Assembly (NCBI GenBank): GCA_963674945.2
Contig: CAXXWQ010000003.1
Location: forward strand, 1,600,001 to 1,664,000
Reading direction: 5' to 3'
DNA: 64,000 nucleotides
Source: an uncultured Desulfosarcina sp.
GTDB taxonomy: Bacteria > Desulfobacterota > Desulfobacteria > Desulfobacterales > Desulfosarcinaceae
A program made the position numbers and the translations under genes. This document shows positions 46,723-57,508 of the stretch, in pieces; the first letter of the stretch is position 1, and every line of letters starts with the position of its first letter. The notes below the pieces were generated by a model. The model was not told the DNA's origin. It saw nothing but the letters and a program-made list of their open reading frames with translations, and searched no databases.

Positions 46723-49700
46723 GGAAGATATGGACTCTCGGGCGCGTCGATTCCGTTGATGGTCTCCACTGTGATAGAAGGGAGGGGATCGACCCGGCGG
46801 ATCAGCAGGTGGTCGAACACCTGCAGGCAGTCGGCCAAACGTTCGTGGTCCACCGGCAAATGGATCGTCACCCGTTTTCCCTTTGCCTCGGAGACCAGGG
46901 CCAGCCGGCGGCCCGCATAGACCAGATGGGAGCCCGCCAGCCGCCGGGGCACCCCCCCTTTCAACGCCTTGATGCCCAAACCGCAAACCGAGGCCGGATC
47001 CTGGGCACAGAGCCAGAAAACCGCCGTTTCGGGCAAGGTTTCTTTGATCAGCCGGAGCATTTTTCTGGAGGCGAACTGCGGGCCGGGGATATCGGTGAAA
47101 AAGCAGCCGGACACGACTTCACCGGACAACTCCATGAGCCGTAAGGATCGAAACAGGGCCGGCCATTGCAGCACGGGCTCTTCTCTGGCCAGTCGTTGAC
47201 GAAACAAGATACCGTAGCGATCCAGAAGCAGCCGGACACGGTCTTTGGCCAGTTCCTCTTTTTCCATCAACCCCTCGGGCGGCTTCACGGATGCGATGAG
47301 GCGCCAGTTCCCCGCCGACGAAAACACTGTATTCGTAGCGCCTTTGCGCCTGTAGCGACGAGACCGTATCTTCAAGGATGCGGCCGCGGGAATATGCGTT
47401 CTTTCACCTTTGTCGGCCAAGGCGCCCTTGGCCAAATGCTCTCGCAGGGCCGCCATCGTGTCGTTGGTGACGGCTCCCGCCCATACGCCGTCCCACAACC
47501 GCTTGCGAACCTCGATAGACGGCAGCGGTGGATCGCCCAGCAAGGCAACGAGGGGATATCTTCCCCGGTGGTCGGGAAACAGGCGCGCCGGCGCTTCCGA
47601 TGCTTCAACACCGCCGTTTGCCTCCCCGTCCGTATTTTCCGGATCATCATGGAACAGGTCCAGGTCCTCTTCATGACAAAAAATGAGCCGTTTGCCGGGC
47701 CTTCCCACCCACATGAGACCGGAGGTCTGCATCAATTCATCCATCCACCGGGGATCGTAGCCGGCAAGACGCGCCGGAAAGATTTCCGTCTCCCACAACG
47801 CAGCCGGCAGGGAGAGGCCCAACAGCGGCTGCAGACAATCTGCCAGCCCTTGGGATTTATCCATTGTGCCTGTCAGCCCCTGGAATCGGGCCAGGACCGG
47901 GGCCAAATCCTCGATGGGCCGGGGCGGAATGGTCGCCATCTGCCGACTTCTTGCCATGCGCAGCAGGGTTTCGAAAGTTTCGAGATGACAGATCCGCTCC
48001 TCTCCACTTCCTCGAACCAGGGAACCGGAAACGATGACGCCGGTCTCCAGAAGGTCTGACAGAAGATCAGAAAGGATGGACCGGTCCAGGGCCAAAGTCT
48101 GCCGGATGAAGTCGACCGTAACCGGGCCGTAGAACCGAAGCCATTGATCCAGCAGATCCATGGCGGTGGGAAAAGGATCCTCTTTTCCGAAAGAGGGCGC
48201 TTCCGGCAAGAAAGATACTTCCTTCTCCCCTTTCGCTTGGACCCATCGAATGTCCTTTCGCCCCGGATAAAGGGCGCGGGCGATGGCAGGGGCATTTTCG
48301 GACGCCACCACCAGAGAATGGGAGTCGCCTGTCTGTGTCGTCACCACCATATGCCACAATTTTTTCCGGATGGGCTCGGTCAGCGTCTCTTTTTCCCCGC
48401 CACTGTCGGCCACGGCACGCGTCAGGAGTATTTCCCATTCGGTTTCGGAAATGAGAAGACGCTCCTTGACCCACTCCAGAAGCTCCAAAGGGGTATCCGG
48501 CGCATAGCCCGGATGGTTGCGATGGCGTTTTTCCTCGAATTCGGCCACCCACCGGGTATCCACGGCCGGGCGAAGCTGGGGATTGGCGATCACCTGTTCC
48601 AGCAGGTCCCGGGAAAGTTCTGTTTTCACCACACCCGTCTGTCGGTCATCGGCGTACATATGATGATTGATCCATTGCCAGGAGCCGGACAGGGCCAGGG
48701 GGCTGGGCGAGCGGGAGTGGGACGCGGACCAGGTGATCTCACCGCGTTCCAGTTCCCTGAGCACCCGCGTCAGGGCCGCCATGTCGAAATCGTCCTGCAG
48801 ACAGCTGCGCCAGGCTTCCAGCAGGATGGGAAAATCGTCATAGCGTCCCACGGCGTCGAGAAGTCGTTGGGCGTTTTGCCGGGTCAGCCAAAGGGGCATG
48901 CGATGGTTGAACCGGCGGCGTGGCAAGAGCAGGGCCCGGGCCGCGCATTCCCGGAAGCGGGCACCGAAGACACCGGACCCTTCGAGACGCTGCCGGACGA
49001 GGGATTCCGCATTTTCCGGCGTTACCAGGGACATCATATCGGCCGTGTCCACCTCTCGGGAAAGCAGCAGGTACAGGGCGTCGTTGGTGGGAAAAACCGA
49101 TGGCACACCGCCGTATCGATTCTCCCAGGCCGCCGACAGGGCCAGAGCAAAGGGGCGGTTGACCCGGCCGCCCCAGAAGGTGTGCCAGATCACCTGAAAG
49201 GACCCCGCCCCCGCCTTCTCCCACGGCAGCCATTCCACCACCACATGATGGCGATGGGGCAGCGCGCATGCGGTTTTTTCGCGCTGCCGCCGCAAGAAAT
49301 TCGTCAGGAACCGGACGCTCCGTTGTTCCATGAAATACTCATGGGATAACATATCGGTGAAACCGGGATCATCCAGTCGATCGTCGGCCATCTTAAGAAA
49401 TGCGCCGATTCTTTCGGAAAGATGAAAGTCCCGGTCCACTCCTTCCGCCCGCCAGAACGGAGGTGCGGGGGTTTTGGGGGATGCCGCACTGACGATGACA
49501 TCGTTGTGGGTGATCCGATGGATTCGCCAATTCTGGGTGCCCAGGGTAAAGGTCTGGCCCCTTTTTGCCTCCCAGACGAATTCTTCGTCCAGTTCCCCGA
49601 TACGGACGCCGGAGTCTTTGTGACGCAGACCGAAATATCCGCGATCGGGGATGACACCCCCCGATGTATACAGATCGAGCAGTGCCCCTTTGCGCGCCGT

Positions 49701-51167
49701 TACCGTGTTGTCCAGCCGGTCGATGGCAATCTTGGGTTTCAGAAAGGAGATGCGTGTGGATTCGTATCGACCGGCAAGCATCTCCAGAACCAGATCATAG
49801 ACACGGCGATCCAACGTACGAAAGGGATAGCTGGCGCGAACGCTGTGAAATAGCAGATCCCGATCCCACGAGGAAACGCCCGTCATGGAGACCAGCACCT
49901 GTGCCAGCACGTCCACGGGACACTGGACGGGCCGTATCGGCTCGATGTTTCTCTCCATGACCATTCGGGCCAGGACGGCGGCATTGACACAGTCGACGCC
50001 GTGGGTGGGCACGATGGTCGCCGTGCTGGCCTGGTGCACGCCATGTCCGGATCGGCCGATGCGCTGCAGTGCCGCACCGGCCGAAGGGGGGGACTGGACC
50101 AGCATCACATGATCCAAAACGCCGATATCGATGCCCAACTCCAGGGATGAGGTCGCCACGATCGCCTTGAGTTCGCCCTGTTTCAGCCGCCGCTCCACTT
50201 CCAGCCGAAGCTCTTTGGACAAGGAACCGTGATGGGCATAGGCAATGGGCACAGGCCCATCGGCATTGATGAGAAAGGTCAATTTTTCGCACAACCGACG
50301 GGAATTGACAAAAATGAGGATGGATCGATATTGCCGGATTCGGCGTTTTATCTTCCGGGTCACCGCCTTCCAGATTCCGTCGGAATCCGCCGAATCGTCG
50401 CCCTCTTCGGCAGCCTCCACCGTTAGGACAGTGGACCGCTGCCGATCCGAGCAAAGGACCGACACATGGCGCGGAATGAAGTCGGGATCTGCCGGATCAC
50501 CTGCGATGGAGAATCCGCCGACGAACCGGGCCACAACATCCATGGGGTTTACCGTGGCGGACAACGCGATGCGCTGAAACTCGCCGCACAGGAGAACGAG
50601 CCGGTCCACGGCGGACATGAGCAGCGTTCCCCGTTTTCCGCCTGCGACGGCGTGAATTTCGTCCAGGATCACCGTCTCGATCCGGCCCAGCACGGATCGT
50701 CCCCCATGGGAGGAGAGCATCAGATGGAGGCTTTCCGGCGTGGTGATCAGGATCTCCGGCGGTCTTCGGATCATCTGCCGGCGGCGGTGGGAGGGGGTAT
50801 CGCCGCTTCGTGTGGCCACCCGGATCCCGGGAAAGGATTCATGGTTTTGATCGAACAGGCGGCGAATCTGTGCCAAGGGTGTCAGAAGGTTCTTTTTTAC
50901 ATCGTTGTTCAGGGCCTTTAAGGGAGAGACATAGAGGATCCGGGTCTCCTCGATTTTTCCGCCACGTTGGATCAGGCGATCCAGTGCCCATAAAAAGGCC
51001 GCCAGGGTCTTGCCGCTTCCCGTTGGTGCCGTGATAAGCACATGATCACCCCGGGAAATGTGCTGCCATGCCCGGGTTTGGATATCGGTCGGATCTCCGA
51101 TCCGGCTCTCGAACCAGCGAAGAACGATCGGATGAAAGGGTATCGTGGGAGTAGTCTGGGCAGCCAT
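46656..51167 (-). CDS. lhr: Lhr family DEAD/DEAH helicase, 1503 aa
   Basis: APTGSGKT, SPLKAL, TTPESL, DEIH, HHGSLS, SSLELGID and QRIGRSGH motifs; C-terminal LLDRYGI and G.F.....G.QFA. Confidence 0.93.
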   Translation of the reverse strand: MAAQTTPTIPFHPIVLRWFESRIGDPTDIQTRAWQHISRGDHVLITAPTGSGKTLAAFLWALDRLIQRGGKIEETRILYVSPLKALNNDVKKNLLTPLAQIRRLFDQNHESFPGIRVATRSGDTPSHRRRQMIRRPPEILITTPESLHLMLSSHGGRSVLGRIETVILDEIHAVAGGKRGTLLMSAVDRLVLLCGEFQRIALSATVNPMDVVARFVGGFSIAGDPADPDFIPRHVSVLCSDRQRSTVLTVEAAEEGDDSADSDGIWKAVTRKIKRRIRQYRSILIFVNSRRLCEKLTFLINADGPVPIAYAHHGSLSKELRLEVERRLKQGELKAIVATSSLELGIDIGVLDHVMLVQSPPSAGAALQRIGRSGHGVHQASTATIVPTHGVDCVNAAVLARMVMERNIEPIRPVQCPVDVLAQVLVSMTGVSSWDRDLLFHSVRASYPFRTLDRRVYDLVLEMLAGRYESTRISFLKPKIAIDRLDNTVTARKGALLDLYTSGGVIPDRGYFGLRHKDSGVRIGELDEEFVWEAKRGQTFTLGTQNWRIHRITHNDVIVSAASPKTPAPPFWRAEGVDRDFHLSERIGAFLKMADDRLDDPGFTDMLSHEYFMEQRSVRFLTNFLRRQREKTACALPHRHHVVVEWLPWEKAGAGSFQVIWHTFWGGRVNRPFALALSAAWENRYGGVPSVFPTNDALYLLLSREVDTADMMSLVTPENAESLVRQRLEGSGVFGARFRECAARALLLPRRRFNHRMPLWLTRQNAQRLLDAVGRYDDFPILLEAWRSCLQDDFDMAALTRVLRELERGEITWSASHSRSPSPLALSGSWQWINHHMYADDRQTGVVKTELSRDLLEQVIANPQLRPAVDTRWVAEFEEKRHRNHPGYAPDTPLELLEWVKERLLISETEWEILLTRAVADSGGEKETLTEPIRKKLWHMVVTTQTGDSHSLVVASENAPAIARALYPGRKDIRWVQAKGEKEVSFLPEAPSFGKEDPFPTAMDLLDQWLRFYGPVTVDFIRQTLALDRSILSDLLSDLLETGVIVSGSLVRGSGEERICHLETFETLLRMARSRQMATIPPRPIEDLAPVLARFQGLTGTMDKSQGLADCLQPLLGLSLPAALWETEIFPARLAGYDPRWMDELMQTSGLMWVGRPGKRLIFCHEEDLDLFHDDPENTDGEANGGVEASEAPARLFPDHRGRYPLVALLGDPPLPSIEVRKRLWDGVWAGAVTNDTMAALREHLAKGALADKGERTHIPAAASLKIRSRRYRRKGATNTVFSSAGNWRLIASVKPPEGLMEKEELAKDRVRLLLDRYGILFRQRLAREEPVLQWPALFRSLRLMELSGEVVSGCFFTDIPGPQFASRKMLRLIKETLPETAVFWLCAQDPASVCGLGIKALKGGVPRRLAGSHLVYAGRRLALVSEAKGKRVTIHLPVDHERLADCLQVFDHLLIRRVDPLPSITVETINGIDAPESPYLPVLRERFDIVVETGNITMYCSV

Positions 51168-51354
51168 TTTTTATTTGTATCACGAATCGGCTGTGATTCG
51201 GAAACCGGTCCGAATATTTTTCTGCTTTTTTCCTGTGACAACCCAAAGATCGGTTTTTCCGAAATTGCCCGTCATCTCAGATTGTGTTACAAAAAACCAG
51301 TTTTTCTTTTGGTGAAACGTAATTTCATCGACAACCCCGCAAAAAAAGAGCATC

Positions 51355-51654
51355 ATGGTTTCCGGTCTACAAGAAATTCTGATGATTCTGCTCATCCTGC
51401 TATGGCTATTTTTTCTTCCCCGCATGATGAACAACCGCAAGACGCCGCCCAAGGTCGTATTTCGGAAAAAACCGTTGAGACTCTCGTGGATGCATCGACT
51501 CGCCATCGTTCTCTCCGTCTTGTGGCCGCTTGCCTGCACAGCCTATTTGAGGCCGTGGCAAGGCGATGCAGTTGCCTTTACCGTGGTGGCCCTGGGTCCG
51601 GTTATCGTGGGGTGGTGCATTTATTGGGTCATGGTTGGAAAGGACAAAAAATGA
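51355..51654 (+). CDS. Small membrane protein
   Basis: Three hydrophobic segments; ATGA overlap with the next gene. Confidence 0.7.
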   Translation: MVSGLQEILMILLILLWLFFLPRMMNNRKTPPKVVFRKKPLRLSWMHRLAIVLSVLWPLACTAYLRPWQGDAVAFTVVALGPVIVGWCIYWVMVGKDKK

Positions 51655-52085
51655 CACACGAAGACGCCGGCCATTACGCGGCCAAACATCCGGATGGCAC
51701 CGTGGATCCAAAAATCGCCGAACAGATCGGAAAGAGGGAAAAAGAGGGGCGGGTGAGTTGTACGGCGGCCCATGAGATCGCCCGGCAATTGGGCTGTCCG
51801 CCAAAGCAGGTTGGAATGAATATCGATCTGTTGGAAAAACGCATCAGCCGATGCCAACTGGGCCTGTTCGGATATGGTCAGGCAACGGCAAAGGCAGTGA
51901 AACCCGCATCGGCGGTGAGCCAGGACCTTGCAGCGGCCATCGAGGCGGAAGCGGTCGACGAACGGATCAGTTGTTTTTCGGTATGGAAATTGGCCGACCG
52001 GATGAACATGACGCGACTGGATGTGGCATGCGCATGCGAGTCCATGGGGATTAAGATCAAACAGTGCCAACTTGGCGCCTTCTAA
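51651..52085 (+). CDS. Hypothetical protein with two copies of an SC...CQLGxF domain
   Basis: VSCTAAHEIA...RISRCQLGLF and ISCFSVWKLA...KIKQCQLGAF. Confidence 0.8.
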   Translation: MTHEDAGHYAAKHPDGTVDPKIAEQIGKREKEGRVSCTAAHEIARQLGCPPKQVGMNIDLLEKRISRCQLGLFGYGQATAKAVKPASAVSQDLAAAIEAEAVDERISCFSVWKLADRMNMTRLDVACACESMGIKIKQCQLGAF

Positions 52086-52086
52086 C

Positions 52087-52232
52087 GAGCGCACATCCAG
52101 AAATGGCCGATTTGCCCAATATCGGCGTTGCGCGAAAAATTTTATCCTCGGAATATCAACCCATATACCTCCGGTACAATTTTTTGCGCGCCTTGATCTT
52201 GACCAAATCTTCCTATTTCTGGATGCACACTC
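52087..52232. repeat. Long palindromic intergenic element, family A copy 2
   Basis: Outer arms CATCCAGAAAT/ATTTCTGGATG, inner GCGCGAAAAATT/AATTTTTTGCGC; same core motifs as 23606-23784. Confidence 0.75.
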
Positions 52233-52353
52233 ACCAACTATCCAAGATATATGATCCGGGCGCTTCGTCAATCTCGGTGCGTCATCGCATTTACGGACAG
52301 GATCACTTGGCCTGAACCGAAACCTACCATTTGTAGAGTGCTGTCATCCAAAT

Positions 52354-52854
52354 TTATGACTGGTGGTCGGACAACTCTTTCAAGTAGCGAAACAGGTTCC
52401 GGGCCGACCTTTTGGTCGCATTCTTTTCCCTTGCCTTCCGTGCGCTTCTCACCAAATGGCCCAGGCGCTGGCGATCGGCCCGGACAAAGGCGGTCAGAAT
52501 CTCTTCCATGGCTTCATCGTCTCCCGCCACCAGTCGATCCCGCCAATCTTCCAATCGATGAAATGCCCTGGCCTGTTTGTATGCACCCTGCTCGATCTCC
52601 AGCAGTGCACGCTCGATGGGTGCCACATCCACCGCCCGCATCAAGGCACCGATGTACTGCGTCTGGCGGCGCCTGGCCCCGTGGGACGACATGGGCCGAA
52701 GATCCCGGATGGCCGCCATCAGTTCCACCGACAGATCCATGGTTTTCAATTGCTCGTCATTCAACGCGGCCAGTTTCTCGCCCATTTTCTGAAGGGCCGT
52801 CGCCTCTTTTTTCCGCTGGGTACGGCTGATCTCCCGATCTTCCGTCATTTTCAT
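52354..52854 (-). CDS. yjgA: Ribosome biogenesis factor YjgA/DarP (DUF615)
   Basis: SRTQRKKE...LQ.MGE.L, ARRRQ.QYIG.LMR and H.LE.WRDRL motifs. Confidence 0.92.
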   Translation of the reverse strand: MKMTEDREISRTQRKKEATALQKMGEKLAALNDEQLKTMDLSVELMAAIRDLRPMSSHGARRRQTQYIGALMRAVDVAPIERALLEIEQGAYKQARAFHRLEDWRDRLVAGDDEAMEEILTAFVRADRQRLGHLVRSARKAREKNATKRSARNLFRYLKELSDHQS

Positions 52855-54239
52855 CTCCGTTTGACCATACGGGCCACCGATTCGATGTGATGGGTGTGGG
52901 GAAACATGTCCACCGGCTGCACTTCACGGATCTCATACACCTCTTTCAGTGCCACCATATCCCGGGCCATGGTGGCCGGGTTGCAGGAGACGTAGACGAT
53001 TCTTTCCGGTGCCATCTGGCAGACCGTTTTGAGGACGTCCTTGTGCATGCCGGCGCGGGGCGGATCGATCACCAGCAGATCGGGCACCATGTCCAGTGTC
53101 TCCAGTGTGTCCTTGACGTCTCCCGAGATGAACCGGCAATTCTCGATACCGTTTGCCTCGCAATTGCGCCGGGCATCGGCCACGGCACTCTCCACCAGTT
53201 CAATGCCGATCACGTTCCTTGCGCGTTCGGCCAACCAGATGGCGATGGTACCGGTGCCGCAATAAAGGTCCAGCACCGTTTCATCTCCTCCGAGCCGTGC
53301 ATATCGGCCCACGGTCTCGTACAATTTCTGGGCGCCCTTCGTATTGGTCTGGAAAAAGGAGTTGGCCGAAATCTCGAATGCGAAGGGACCGATGCGATCG
53401 GTCAATACCGATGTGCCGGCCAGATGGATTTCCCGTTCACCGATGGCCACGCCACTGCGCCTGGCCGTGATGTTGTTGACCACGCAAGCCACGTCGGGAA
53501 AATGGTCACGAAGCGTTTCCGCCAGGGGCGTGACCGCTTTTCGGTCTTCACATGAGGTGACGATGTTGACCATCCACCGGTCTTCTGCCGCCGAATGGCG
53601 CAGCATGAGAAAACGCCAAAATCCTTCGTGGCTGCGAAGGCCGTAGACCGGCCGGTCCGACGCGCGAATGAAATCGCGAACGGTGTTCAAAATGTCGTTT
53701 CCCCGTTCCGGCTGAAGCAGACAGGCCCGGGTATCCAGCACCTTGTGAAAGGTACCGGGCACGTGAAGTCCCAGGGCAAAATCCACATCCGTGACCGTTC
53801 CCAACTCGTGGGGCATGAGCCATCGGCGATCGGAACAGGAAAACTCCATCTTGTTTCGATACCCAAAAATCGATTCCGACGGCAATGTGGCATGCACGGT
53901 GGTGCCGTGAATCAGTGCGATATGTTCCAACGCTTCGGCCACATGTCGACGTTTCAATTCCAATTGGAAGGCGTAGTCGACAAACTGCCACTTGCAACCA
54001 CCGCAATAACCGCTGTAGGGGCATGGCGGGTCCACACGATGGGGGGAGGGTGCAAGGCGCTGCTGGACCACGGCTTCGGCCCAAGTTTTCTTTTTTCGAA
54101 CGATGCGGGCGGCCACCCGGTCGCCGGTGACGCTCTGATCCACGAAAACGGCGAAACCATCGATTTTGGCCAGGCCCTTGCCGCCAAAGGCCACATCGAG
54201 GATATCGCATTCGACGATCTGTTTTTTCTTAACGGTCAT
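52851..54239 (-). CDS. rlmD: 23S rRNA m5U1939 methyltransferase
   Basis: TRAM domain, C...CGGC, YRNKMEF, SFFQTN, DLYCGTG, DPPRAG, YVSCNP and DMFPHT.H.E motifs. Confidence 0.93.
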   Translation of the reverse strand: MTVKKKQIVECDILDVAFGGKGLAKIDGFAVFVDQSVTGDRVAARIVRKKKTWAEAVVQQRLAPSPHRVDPPCPYSGYCGGCKWQFVDYAFQLELKRRHVAEALEHIALIHGTTVHATLPSESIFGYRNKMEFSCSDRRWLMPHELGTVTDVDFALGLHVPGTFHKVLDTRACLLQPERGNDILNTVRDFIRASDRPVYGLRSHEGFWRFLMLRHSAAEDRWMVNIVTSCEDRKAVTPLAETLRDHFPDVACVVNNITARRSGVAIGEREIHLAGTSVLTDRIGPFAFEISANSFFQTNTKGAQKLYETVGRYARLGGDETVLDLYCGTGTIAIWLAERARNVIGIELVESAVADARRNCEANGIENCRFISGDVKDTLETLDMVPDLLVIDPPRAGMHKDVLKTVCQMAPERIVYVSCNPATMARDMVALKEVYEIREVQPVDMFPHTHHIESVARMVKRR

Positions 54240-54683
54240 AAAAAGCCCACTTCGCCTTGATTAAAAAAATAACGCATGACATGTGGCATGCTGCTCTTTT
54301 TGTCAAGCCCAAGCTTCACGTATCTGAATTGAGCTGTGCGCTGTCGGCTGATAGCTGCAATTAGAGAGTGTTGGGAAACAAGTGTTAAGGAAAGGATGAA
54401 ATCATTCATTAAAACAGATAGAATGCATTGACTTAACGCTTAAAACCTTAAACTATTCCCCCAAATCATCCCCCTGTCCCTGCAGCGCAGCCAGACGCTC
54501 ACGAATCAACACCGGATACTGATCTGCCTTTTTTTCTTGCCCAATTCTTCATTTTTCATTAGTGTAATAAAATCCAAGGGATGAACCGCATATTATTTCA
54601 CTCTGAGTTGAGCTTCGACTATCCGCCCTTTTGTTCGATCGACTGTTTCAAAACCCCGCAAAGCCCATACAAAGGACGCCACC

Positions 54684-57428
54684 ATGAAGAACACGGATCA
54701 TTTGAAAACGCTTACCGTCGGTGAAAAGGACTATGCCTTTTTCGATTTCAACCGATATGCCGCCGATACCAAGGTTTCGGTAAAAAAACTGCCCTTTTCC
54801 ATCAAAATCCTGGTGGAGAATCTGCTGCGCAAACTCGACGGCCGGGTAGTGACGGAGACGGATCTTGCCAACATCGCCAAATGGAAAAAAACCTACGATT
54901 CGCCGGTGGAGATCCCTTATCACCCGGCACGTGTGCTCATGCAGGATTTCACCGGTGTTCCGGCAGTGGTGGACCTGGCCGCCATGCGCGATGCGGTCAA
55001 GGTCCTGGGCAAGGATCCCGAACGGGTCAATCCCCTGGTCCCCACCGAACTGGTAGTGGATCACTCCATCCAGGTGGATTGTTATGGCACCAACGATGCC
55101 CTGGAAAAGAACGTGGCCCTCGAATACCAACGCAACGGTGAGCGCTACGAACTGCTCAAATGGGCGCAAAAGAGTTTTGCCAATTTCAAGGTGGTTCCGC
55201 CCAACTCGGGCATCTGCCACCAGGTAAACCTGGAAAACCTCGGCCGGGTGGTGATCACCCAATCTGCAGACGACAATACCGTCGTGTTCCCGGACACGGT
55301 GGTCGGGACCGACTCCCACACGCCCATGATCAACGGCATCGGTGTAATGGGATGGGGCGTGGGCGGTATCGAAGCCGAGGCAGTCATGCTGGGTCAACCC
55401 TATTACATGTCAATCCCCGAGGTAATCGGGGTCAAACTCACCGGTACCCTTACAGAAGGGGTGACGGCTACGGATCTCGTGCTGACCATCACCGAGATGC
55501 TGAGGAAGGTCAACGTGGTGGAAAAATTCGTCGAATATTTCGGCCCCGGTATGAAGAGTCTGTCGGTGACGGACCGCGCCACCATCGCCAATATGACCCC
55601 TGAATATGGCGCCACCCTGGGTTTCTTTCCGGTGGATGAGAAAACCCTGGCCTATCTGAACCTCACCGGAAGGAGGGACCAGGCACGTCTGGTGGAGGCC
55701 TATGCCAAGGCCACCGGGATGTTCTACACCGGCGACGTGGATCCGGAATTCACCCAGGTGGTGGAGCTGGATCTGTCCACCGTCGCCCCCTGTCTGGCCG
55801 GCCCGTCCCGTCCCCAGGACCGCATCCCACTTTCCCATATGAAACAGGCATTCGCCGACATCCTCGGCTGCGACTACAGCCGGGACACCGAGCTTGAGAA
55901 CATTTCCAAATTCCACGACGAATCGGGATCCGGGACCGCTCGCGCCAGACGCTGCCGCCCGCTCTCCCAGCGTCAGTTCGACCTGGAGCTAAACGGCCAG
56001 CCCGTAAAAATCGGCGACGGCAACGTCGTGATCGCCGCCATCACCTCCTGTACCAATACCTCCAATCCCCACGTGCTCATGGGGGCCGGGCTCATCGCCA
56101 AGAATGCCGTGGCAAGGGGCCTTCGCGTTCCACCCTTCGTCAAGACCTCCCTCGCACCGGGCTCCAAGGTGGTGGTGAACTACCTCTCAGCCGCCGGACT
56201 GGTCCCCTATTTCGATGCCCTGGGCTTTCACCTGGCTGCCTTCGGCTGCACCACCTGTATCGGGAACAGCGGCCCCTTGCGCCCGGAGATCGAGGAGGTG
56301 ATCACAGGCAACGATTTAAACGTGGCCGCCGTTCTCTCCGGCAACCGCAACTTCGAGGCCCGCATCCACCAGAGCATCAAGTCCAATTTTCTGGCATCCC
56401 CCATGCTGGTGGTGCTTTTCGCCCTTACCGGCCGGGTGGATATCGATCTGACCATGGAGCCGGTGGGTATCGATCCCAATGGCGCACCGGTCTACATGTC
56501 GGATCTCTGGCCCTCTTCCGATCAAATCGATGATCTGGTGCGATCCCACGTGAAGCAGGAATTCTACGAAAAGGAGTATGCACGCATTTTCGACGGTGAT
56601 CGTTTCTGGAGAGCCCTGGATATCGAAGAGAGCACCACCTTCGCCTGGAAACAAGACTCCACCTACATCAAAAATCCTCCCTACTTCGAAGGATTCTCCC
56701 TGACACCCCAGCCTCCTGGGGAGATCACCGACGCCCGCGCCTTTTTGGTGCTGGGGGACACGGTTACCACGGATCACATATCGCCGGCAGGTGCCATACC
56801 GGAGGATTATCCGGCCGGCCGGTATCTCATCGAAAACGGCGTGGCCAGAGAGCAATTCAACTCCTACGGATCACGCCGGGGCAATCACGAGGTGATGATG
56901 CGGGGAACCTTCGGCAACATCCGTATCAAAAACCGGCTGGTGGACCCCAAACAGGGAAGTTTCACCCTCAAATTTCCCGAAAAAAAAGAGATGTACAACT
57001 ACGATGCCGCCATGGCCTACAACGCCGAGGATACGCCACTGGTTGTGCTGGGAGGGAAGGAATACGGCACTGGTTCATCCCGGGACTGGGCCGCCAAGGG
57101 CACCAACTTGCTGGGTATCGAGGCGGTCATCGCCCAGTCCTACGAGCGCATCCATCGGAACAACCTGGTGGGCATGGGGGTTCTGCCACTGGTCTTCGCC
57201 GATGGTGAAAATGCCCAGAGCCTGGGACTGGATGGATCGGAGACCTTCACCATTTCGGGCATCGACAATATGATGCCGAGAAAGTCACTTACCGTCACGG
57301 CCACGAAAGAAGACGGAATAAAAATTACATTTTCCGTGACCTCACGGCTCGATACGGAGGTGGACGTCGCCTATTTCGAGCATGGCGGGATTCTTCCCTA
57401 CGTGATTCGAAAAATGATGGCGGATTAA
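54684..57428 (+). CDS. acnA: Aconitate hydratase A
   Basis: QDFTGVP, DHS, GTDSHT, AAITSCTNTSN, GCTTCIGNSG, TTDHISPAG and GSSRDWAAKG motifs. Confidence 0.97.
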   Translation: MKNTDHLKTLTVGEKDYAFFDFNRYAADTKVSVKKLPFSIKILVENLLRKLDGRVVTETDLANIAKWKKTYDSPVEIPYHPARVLMQDFTGVPAVVDLAAMRDAVKVLGKDPERVNPLVPTELVVDHSIQVDCYGTNDALEKNVALEYQRNGERYELLKWAQKSFANFKVVPPNSGICHQVNLENLGRVVITQSADDNTVVFPDTVVGTDSHTPMINGIGVMGWGVGGIEAEAVMLGQPYYMSIPEVIGVKLTGTLTEGVTATDLVLTITEMLRKVNVVEKFVEYFGPGMKSLSVTDRATIANMTPEYGATLGFFPVDEKTLAYLNLTGRRDQARLVEAYAKATGMFYTGDVDPEFTQVVELDLSTVAPCLAGPSRPQDRIPLSHMKQAFADILGCDYSRDTELENISKFHDESGSGTARARRCRPLSQRQFDLELNGQPVKIGDGNVVIAAITSCTNTSNPHVLMGAGLIAKNAVARGLRVPPFVKTSLAPGSKVVVNYLSAAGLVPYFDALGFHLAAFGCTTCIGNSGPLRPEIEEVITGNDLNVAAVLSGNRNFEARIHQSIKSNFLASPMLVVLFALTGRVDIDLTMEPVGIDPNGAPVYMSDLWPSSDQIDDLVRSHVKQEFYEKEYARIFDGDRFWRALDIEESTTFAWKQDSTYIKNPPYFEGFSLTPQPPGEITDARAFLVLGDTVTTDHISPAGAIPEDYPAGRYLIENGVAREQFNSYGSRRGNHEVMMRGTFGNIRIKNRLVDPKQGSFTLKFPEKKEMYNYDAAMAYNAEDTPLVVLGGKEYGTGSSRDWAAKGTNLLGIEAVIAQSYERIHRNNLVGMGVLPLVFADGENAQSLGLDGSETFTISGIDNMMPRKSLTVTATKEDGIKITFSVTSRLDTEVDVAYFEHGGILPYVIRKMMAD

Positions 57429-57508
57429 TGCAAATCAAAGACGGCATATAAAAATTGGAATATAAAAACCGATATCCTTCCAATGGAAATACAAAAAAGG
57501 AAGGTACA

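Noticed and set aside
46656..51167. Lhr helicase as part of a defence system
   Set aside because: Typical stand-alone long Lhr with host-like composition and housekeeping neighbours
54240..54683. Possible ncRNA or riboswitch in the rlmD-acnA intergenic region
   Set aside because: Only weak, scattered complementarity and no recognisable family motif; two divergent promoters can explain the length
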